This document shows, in pieces, positions 32,330-40,021 of a stretch of DNA of 40,021 nucleotides (positions within the stretch are counted from its first letter, which is position 1; every line of letters starts with the position of its first letter). Both the position numbers and the translations under genes were made by a program. Source of the stretch: Peribolospora baueri (taxonomy: Eukaryota). The DNA lies in the NCBI GenBank assembly GCA_029717555.1, contig JAMDHS010000130.1, forward strand, positions 1-40,021. Reading direction: 5' to 3'. The notes beneath the pieces are model-generated. The model saw only the letters and a list, made by a program, of their open reading frames with translations, was not told the DNA's origin and ran no database searches.

Positions 32330-34430
32330 TCATGACTTGGCCAGCGTGAGCCCTCTCACGACACTCCATCCGCGATTGTCTACGCCGCGCACATTCCAGG
32401 GTGATGTCCGGGGCTGTTGGACGCCGGACTCGGTCTCTGGTCGCGATGGCCCGAAGGCCACGATAGTAAGCGGGCGTGGGGTCAGCGTTCAAGGGAGGCC
32501 TCAGGACGTCAAGGCGGCACGCGAGTTTGAAGGAAGCGAGAAAGCGCAGTGAACGACTAAACGGAGAAAGATGATGGCACGCCCACCTGCTCTAGCAACG
32601 ATTGCAAACTTGCCGCCAGTAGTTTCGAGCTCTTCTCGGCTGGGCACGGTAACCGTGCCTTCCCAGAGACACCACCCCCAGCACGGTTCCTTCTCCGTCG
32701 TCGCCTCTCCGACGCCGGAAGGAGCGAGCCGCAATCGCTCCCACATGGCGTCCTGTCTCTCCAATCGACTTGCAAAAGCCCACCTCGCGCGCCTCTCCGC
32801 CGCCAATTTCAGTTGTCCCGACGGCGTCTCGTCGGGATCGAGAGAAGAAAGGCGGCGGGACGGTCCTCCATATTCTCGTAAGCCTTCTCCCCGAAACGGT
32901 GATTCAGCTCGCGTTCCTTCGACGACATCCGGAACCGCGGCCAGCTCCACTCGTCCCACGGGAACCCCACCCTCCCCCACCGCATACCCTCGCACCTTGA
33001 TCCAACTCATTCCTTCTTCTGGAGGCGGGAGAGGCCAGACAACCTCGTTTTCGACAGGAACTCCGATGGCCGCACCGATGCCCATGACTTGCAATGAGGG
33101 GAGGCCCTCCAGTTTCGAGCGACGGTAGAATTCGTCCCTCTCCGGGCCTGAGAGGCGGGCGAGCTCGTCGAGAGAGGTGGGAACTAGGACCTTGTAGTCG
33201 TACACTGGCGATGTGGGCAAGTGAGCAAGTGAGTGGTAGAGGACGACCAGCGGACGACGGTGGTGAGAATACTCAGGGGGCGGACGGGAAGGCTTCGTTC
33301 AGGGGGGTAAATCACCCACATTGGTAAAAGCTGTTTGACTCTCCCACCCTAACGGAGATCCTGTGCAGCCATTTTACACTTCTTGCGCCGATGTGTCCCG
33401 GAACGACGACGCGGAGTGGATATCCGTGGGAGGGAGTGAGAGGCGCGTTGTTCTGAGAGTGAGCCAGGATCACCGGGACGGTCGTGGACCTGTCGAGAAA
33501 GAGAGCGGGCCGGAAAAAGGGAGAGGCGCAATGAGTGCGGTTATTTTTTTTTGCAGAATATTGGTCAAAAAGCAATTGGCCTGCCGAAGAGACGGGGCGC
33601 ACATGGCCGTCCCAAAAGGGATGGAAGCACCGTACCAATCTTGCTCGGAGCAGGGCTGGTTAGAGTCGAAGTGGACGTGCAGGTCCTTAGCCCACTCTGC
33701 AATCTCCACGTCTGGATCCGGGGTGGGATGATGAGAGGTGGGCTCGAAGTGCGATGGAGACACTAGAGACTTGCTGGTGGAAGGACCGACAGCATAGGGG
33801 TCTGGGACGCCGAGAGAGAGGAGAACGTCTCTCAAGCGGGTCCCTTAAAGGAAGGCAGAAAAAAAGAAGCAGAAACGTCACTATAGTGCCCTTTCTGTGG
33901 CCCTTTCCCTCAGCAGCTCACCTCGCCAAGCGGCGTTGGAGATTGTACCCGGTCCCCACCCGATGCCCTCCGTGGGACGCACCTCGTTCATCTCTGCTCT
34001 CCTATTGCCTGCGCACTGTTTCACGCATACAGACAAACGTCAGTTCTAGACGTCGCGTGCTGCGGAGACACAAAGGTCTTGGCGAGTGAGAAGGGAGGCT
34101 CGCCTCGAGGGCCACGATGGAGTCGATTTGTTCCCATCTGGTTTTGACGTCGTCCAGGCGCAGCTTCGTCTTCCAACCATCATCGCCGACCTCACCGATC
34201 ATGGCGCCTCCCCTCCCCCAGCCGTTCCTGCTTCTAACATCTTGCCCCACACCAACTTCAAGCTGATATTCGTGCTCTCGCAGGTGCAGGATGGGGCCGT
34301 GGTTCCTGTCAAACACGAGGTGGGTAGGGGTGAGGTAAGAAGCAGTGGTGAGCTGGTCGACAGGCGACTCTGCGTTGGGTGGGTGGCTAGAGAGCAGCTT
34401 GAGTGCTGGTGAGATGTCTGTCCGGGCCAT
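32330..34430 (-). CDS. Sulfite-oxidase-family molybdopterin oxidoreductase (Moco + dimerisation domains, no cytochrome b5 domain), ~518 aa, 6 exons (34430-34104, 34015-33922, 33843-33603, 33489-33320, 33204-32587, 32436-32330)
   Basis: Motifs PPNAES, LTPTHLVFDRNHGPI, VALE|CAGNRR (Mo-liganding Cys), WGPGTISNAAWRGTRLRDVL, YGASIP, HGYPLRVVVPGHIGARSVKWL, YDYK, RGYAVGEGG, WGWCLW and WNVRGVDNRGW. Exons sum to 1557 nt. Confidence 0.92.
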
Positions 34431-34812
34431 CGATAGCTATCTAGTGCTAAGTGTGTGGAGGTGAGGAGAAAGGAGAAGAGGATGTCGTAGGCAAAAAACA
34501 TGTACTCCATGTACGTCCATCCGTCCGTGCGCTGCACATCGATCGAGCTCATGTCTCTCTCAAGCACGTGCGCGACCAGCTGCAGCCTCCGATCATTCCA
34601 CTCCCATCGGCCCAACGCGGGGATAAGCCGGCGCGTGACTTGGTTGGACATCGACGACCGGCCCTTCTTCTGCCCCTCACCATTGATGCTCGAGCTCGCC
34701 GTTCCTTTCACCTTCACTCCCCAACTTAGATCCCCCTCGGCAGCCAGTCACATTGTCGTCCCTTCCGCTCTCACTCTCATTTCTCCTCGCCGGCCTTGTC
34801 GCTGCTTTCGTC

Positions 34813-36591
34813 ATGGTAAGCTCGATCAGAGACGGCCGTCCATTAGCCGCCATAGCGCGCGCGCACTCGTGTCTCTCCCAACCTCACGCAAACATCCGCC
34901 TCGGACACCCTCTTTCCCTCCAGAGCGCAACCCGGGCGCCTCAGCGCGACGCGATAGTTAAACAGTTTAGGAGCATTACTAATGCTACGTGAGCCCGCCG
35001 TTTCGTTTTCGTAAACGTCATTCCTCTTGTCTCATTTTCTCTCGGGCCTTAGGGAGGCAGTTCGACAGTTCGACGAGGACGAAAGAAAGCTGATATTTGG
35101 AACCTTTTGCTCTTGCTTATCCGCGCTAAAACCCTCGCACTTACCATGGCCTGCTGCTCCGTCTTGATCAAACCATTCAAACACAACTTGTCCAACGTCG
35201 CTCAATGGAATGACCACGCTACACCTCTCCGTCCTCTCCCCCGAACGGCACCATTGAACGGTGATGCCCTTGATGCAACCAGCGCGGCCGATGCCACTCG
35301 GATTCTCAAGTCGACCAACTACCGTCTCGAAGCGGCCACGGACGCCTTCTTCTCCGACCCGCAAGCTATGGCTAACGCCGCGAAAGCATCCGGCTCTTCA
35401 GGTGCTGGTGCGAGCAAGAAGGCAAAGGAAGAGGATAAGAAGGCGGAGGAAAGGTTGACGGAATTGTACGCGAGATACAAGGGTGAGTGGACGGGGGCCA
35501 GCCGGCATCCTCCATTCTCTTCCTCTCTTCGCTCCATGAGCTTAAGGACGGCCTGCGACGTTCTCCATTTCTATTCCCTCTTGATCCATCCACAGAGCCG
35601 GACGAGGACATCATCTCCGTCGATGGTACCCTCCGCCTTTGCGAAGATCTTGGCCTAGACCCAGAAGACCCATTGATGCTGGCGATCGCCTACCATCTCA
35701 CTGCTCCCTCCGTCGCCACCTTCACCCGCCGCGGGTACATCGACGGCTGGAAGGCGTTCTCACCTCCGGCCGATACCTTGGAGAAGCAACGAAGGTTGCT
35801 ACGTGAACTAAGGGATCGCTTCGAGTCGAACGCAGGGGTGATGGGAAACAGGGGTCTGCCTGGTTGGAGCGCCAGTGCAGCGGGGCGAGCTGCGAACGGT
35901 GCCGGAGGGGGAGGCAGTGGATCGAGCACGCCGAGGGGAAAGGAGAAGGAGGAGACGGGCGGTATGTTTGAGCGCGTGTATGCCTTCACGTACGAGTTTG
36001 GGAGGCCGGAAGGACAGAAGAGCCTGCGTACGTGCTTTTGCCCTCCGTTTTATCTTTCATCTTCCTTACTGGGTCTTCGACGGTCGATCAGTGTACGAGC
36101 GCAAGCATTGAAAGCAGATGAGCTGATTATCGTCCGTCGCCCTTGCAGCCCTCGAATCCGCAATTGCCTTCTGGTCCCTCCTCATTCCCATCTCCCCGTA
36201 CTTCTCCTCAAACGAAAAGTCCATGGCGGGCGGCTCAGAAAGGACGTTTACCACAGCGCAGCTCGAGGTCTGGCATCGATTCTTGAACGAGGAGACAGGA
36301 GGAAGGGCGATCAGTCGGGATACATGGATGCAGTTCCTCGACTTTATCAGGGTAATCGATCCTAAGTTTGAGCATCATGACTTTGACGGTGTGTCCTGAC
36401 GCCTTACTTGCCGTCGTCGTACATTCGTTGCGATTTGCTCGGCTTGTACTCACTTCCGGATCCTTTAACCTCCCTTTCCCCCGTCCTTCTTCCATTTACA
36501 CCGTCCAACAGCCGCCTGGCCTTCACTATTCGACGAGTTCGTGGAGTGGGCACGAGAGAAGAAGAGCAGGGAGGACGGGGAGAAGTTGTGA
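34813..36591 (+). CDS. DCN1: Defective in cullin neddylation protein 1 (UBA-like + PONY domain), ~339 aa, 6 exons (34813-34815, 34924-34988, 35283-35482, 35596-36027, 36149-36388, 36512-36591)
   Basis: UBA-like IVKQFRSITNATAADATRILKSTNYRLEAATDAFF. PONY motifs ISVDGTLRLCEDLGLDPED, FTRRGYIDGW, FERVYAFTYEFGRPEGQKSL, AIAFWSLL, AISRDTWMQFLDF and DAAWPSLFDEFVEW. Exons sum to 1020 nt. Confidence 0.93.
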
Positions 36592-37547
36592 TGAATCGAA
36601 CATTCATTATTTTCTAGGGGCGTCCATCTCTGCCCGCTGCCGCACGCTTCCGGGACCCGGCTTTCCTCGTTCCATTGCTAGGGGACTGATGGAAACGTAG
36701 AGGGCAAGACCAGCAGGCGCCCCTTGCTTGGAGCTTCGTTCTTGTGACTGTATCCAAACATGCATTGCCCATTCGATTGATGCTCCGCCTACCACCTCCG
36801 GTCGCTTCCTTCCGCCGTTTCCGTTCTTTCTCTCTCGCTTCATCCTTGGCGCGTAAGCAGAAGCACGCAACGCGAACGCACCACTCCGCTCCGCTCCCTT
36901 CGTGAACCGCTGCATCTTCCCTCCCCCTGCTCTCCCCTACCTTGCACGTCGTTCGCGCCTCGTCGCTGGAGCCCGCCTGCTTTTCCCGGCCCCCTTTCGA
37001 TCGTCCTTTTCATGTTTTACTTCATTTGACGCCCCAGTATTCAATCTGTCGTCCAGCCTATCCGTCAGTGAACAAACTGTCCCTCGTCCCTCGTCCGTTG
37101 TCCATAGGCAGGTCGCATGGCATTCCACATCCGAGCAGTGGCCGATGGCACTAAAGAAAGAGGCAGTCGTTCACATCCAAATCGTCATTTTCATTGGCGA
37201 GCGACGCACGCGACGGTTATGAATGCATTTGCACGGCTCGAGTCGAACATCCGCACAACCCTTCCGTGGCCAGGTCTTTTTTTTTTTTAGTCGGTGCTGG
37301 CCCTCCCGCCGATCGTTCACCCTCGCAGCCTCGTTCGCAAAACGAGCCAAAGCGCAGGCATGGGATGGAAGGGACGACGAGAACGCGGGCGGGGCGGTAG
37401 ACTGAACTGATGTGCGCGGCGAGCGAGCTTGGGAGCCTCTACTGGAAGAATGTTTTTTGGAGGCATGGTCGATTCGGCCAATGACAAAAAGAAATTTTTT
37501 CTTCGAGGAAACGCTCTCGCTCTCGCTCGAGATGAAGATGGGGCCAC

Positions 37548-39181
37548 CTACTGGTTACCGCCTGGCCGGATCGCATCGCATGCTCGTCCCTCAGTCAGGC
37601 CGGCGGCGGCCTCAAGGTGCTCCGCGAACGCACGTACGATCTCCGCGTCCTGTCGAGCGTATCTAGCCAGCCTACCTATCGGTTTCGGGTCCATGTCGAC
37701 GGCTTTCACGTTGACATGGAACGACGCAACCCTCGCGTGGTCGTCATCGTCATCGTCCGTCGAGCTCTTCTTCTTGGACAAGCGAACGAAGACAGAACAA
37801 TCCTTGAACGTTGCGCTGAGGAGATAGGCGAGGATGAGAAGGCGGAGCGATCGTGGACGACGACCGGTGGTCGTCGTCGGCGAGGGTGCCAAGCTCTCTT
37901 CGTGCTCGTGCTTGCGTTCGAGATGGATGAATTCTTCCGCGACAGACCTCCACTCTGCTAATGTGGGTTCCGCCATGACCGCTTGGGCACTTGCGCCTAT
38001 TGGCGTGCCGAAGGGAACGTCCGGACCGAGTTCGGCTGCCCACGCCTTGACCAGACCTTCCGTATCGAGGGCGTCAAGCGCCCTTTGGAGGTGGCTTAGC
38101 CGGCGGAGCAGGCTAGACTCGAGCAAGGCCCGTGCCATGACGGACGAGAAGGCACGCCGGAGGCGGTGGTCGTCTTCATCCCCGACGGTGACCGTCGTCG
38201 TACCGGTGGAAAGGAATTCGGCCAGCGCCTGCTTCGTCGGCCCATCGGGCTCGTCCCACATTTGGGATGGCAAAAGGAGACGGCCTTTCCAGAACAGTCG
38301 CAAATTGTTCGTCGTACCCCCCGTGAGCCGCCAGCCATCCCACAGAGCTTCGATAGCTCGGCGGACACGCTGCGGAGAGGAGGAGTAGAGGTCTAGCGGG
38401 CAGTAGTCGGGCGGCGCTGGAGGGGGATGTGCCACTGCAGGCGACGTGTCATCATCAGAGCGGGATCGGGCCATCTTCTTTTCTTTGAAATGTCGGTGCA
38501 TGCAGAACCGACAGTGACGGCGCTTGATCATAACCGTCTTCGGTGATAGATAGGTCGGAGAGGGGAGGAAGCCCCACTTGGGCTGGGCGAAGAATACGGG
38601 AAGCAGTTCACGATGAGCTGCGAACCTCCTCGGCAGGGGGTCCAGACAGAAAGCAAGGTCACCTTGATCTCTACCGAAAGCGCTCGCTCGTCCAGACTAC
38701 TACCGACTAGGTTCTCCGCCAAGACGCCGGCGCCACGCTGGGTATCGAGCGCAGCCTGCTGTCTCCTGCACGCAGGTCTTTCCTTGTCCAATCGCAGGGC
38801 GACATGTCGCAGGAAGGTGGGCGACAAACGTACGTTGCGGCTCCATGGGAGGTGCTCGGCGCCGATTAGGGGAGCGACCACCGTCGTGGAGAAGGCGTCG
38901 TCGGCATCGGCCAGCGCCTCTGCCTCGCCGATACCGACGTCTGCAGTGTGACGAATCTCGCCATCGACCGGGGTGTCGGCGGAACGACGCTTGCGGACCT
39001 CCTTCCGCAGGCGCAACACCTTCCCTGTGAACGCGGGGTCGTGGCCCTCGTAGGCGCACACGAGGTTCGCCCCGCCCTCCGAGAGGTAACTCCACTCCGA
39101 GGCGTCCATGGGGATGCGTTGGGTGGTCGGGCATGGAGCCAGAGGGGGACCGGACGGAACTGGGTCGACCTTGGCCCGCAT
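37548..39181 (-). CDS. IPK1: Inositol-pentakisphosphate 2-kinase, ~517 aa, 2 exons (39181-38663, 38582-37548)
   Basis: WSYLSEGGANLV, VLRLRK, SVEIK|PKWGFLP, CRFCMH, YCPLDLYS, NNLRLF, AYLLSATFKDCSVFV and VDMDPKP motifs of the Ins_P5_2-kinase family. 80-nt GT-AG intron at 38583-38662. Confidence 0.92.
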
Positions 39182-39838
39182 CGGTCAGCACTGAGGGGAT
39201 AAGGAAAGAGACGAATGCGACGAGCGCCAGGAGCCAAGACGCTTGAAGCGGCCGCTCGTGTCGGTGGGTCTGTCGGCGGCAAAAAGATCGGTTGGCGTCG
39301 CTTGCGTCGTGCGATGGCCGGGAACGAAGGGCGACGGGGGAGCGGGTCGTGACGGAGAGAGTGAGACCGATGCTTCTTCCAGCTCACCTCGCTCGTCCAG
39401 CCAGCCGCCGCCTCCGTCTCTGACGGTGTTCTTGGTGTACACCGGGATGCTGGAAGAGGATGAGTAAAAGAGACGACGGCTACTTAAGACGGCGGTCGGC
39501 GGCCCGACGTCCTTGCTGGCCAGCTCTCCTACCTTTCTTGCTTCCTTCTTTCCGCTCTTTCCTATCTCTCTCTCTGTGTCTTCGCTTTCGACGCCCGTCG
39601 CCTCGTCGTCTCGTTGTTTGTCTGTCTGTGTGTCCCAGGACAAAGAGACGGCTGGGCGTCGAGGGAGTGTTGGTGGCGTGGCCTGCGCCGGCTGGTCGCT
39701 ACCCGCACGCGACTCGCCGCTGCGTTGTTTGCCGCGGCTTCGACTCGCGAGCTGACGCTTGACACTCAACACTCGACGCCGCTTGCTCAATCGCCGACAT
39801 CTCGCTCACTCTCCCGACAACTCACTCCAACCACACTT

Positions 39839-39910
39839 CCCTTGCTCGCCCGAACCACCCTTGCTCGCCCGACCCACACCCTTCGCCCGACCCTTCCACC
39901 CATCGCCCGA
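39839..39910. repeat. Short tandem repeat, ~19-20 nt unit with core TCGCCCGA x4
   Basis: cccttgctcgcccgaacca-cccttgctcgcccgaccca-cacccttcgcccgaccc-...catcgcccga. Confidence 0.7.
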
Positions 39911-40021
39911 GCCCGGCCTCCCCCTCCCCCTCGTCCAGCGCCCGCGACCGAGGCACGCAACCGACCCCCTTGTTCACCCACCACCACCACCTCTCTCTCT
40001 ACCCCCCTTTCCCCCCCTTTC

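Noticed and set aside
36580..36591. DCN1 C-terminal EKL as a possible PTS1
   Set aside because: Glu at -3 does not fit the [SAC][KRH][LM] consensus, and DCN1 acts on cullins in the nucleus/cytosol.
39185..39790. 201-aa minus-strand ORF directly upstream of IPK1
   Set aside because: Low-complexity Arg/Ser/Glu translation of a purine-rich tract, separated from IPK1 by a stop, with no motif support; likely 5' flank.

Overview
Eukaryotic, GC-rich, intron-rich genomic DNA, most consistent with a basidiomycete fungus (inferred from ~80-150 nt GTGAG/GTGCG...CAG introns and the protein families present). By manual splicing I can reconstruct nine protein-coding genes: a ~1,940-aa rhodanese + dual-specificity (MAPK-phosphatase-like) phosphatase (+), an SDR oxidoreductase with a PTS2 motif (-), VPS35 (+), an intronless two-finger C2H2 transcription factor with Ste12-type fingers but no visible STE domain (-), a three-exon 100-aa membrane-anchored coiled-coil protein split across several ORF-track entries (-), DPH6 with RidA/YjgF domains (+), a heme-less sulfite-oxidase-family Mo enzyme (-), DCN1 (+) and IPK1 (-). 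A tenth locus encodes a small Cys/Trp-rich secreted-type protein interrupted by one in-frame TAG. The window also has a possible decayed intron-containing gene beside a poly(A) run at the left edge and a ~6.9 kb microsatellite-rich gene-free tract upstream of the transcription factor. No CRISPR array, rRNA, tRNA or intact transposon was recognised. Nothing here demonstrates a new multi-gene system. The best leads are the stop-interrupted secreted protein, the 100-aa protein, the STE-less Ste12-like factor and the non-canonical splice sites. All exon boundaries are manual predictions without transcript or database support.
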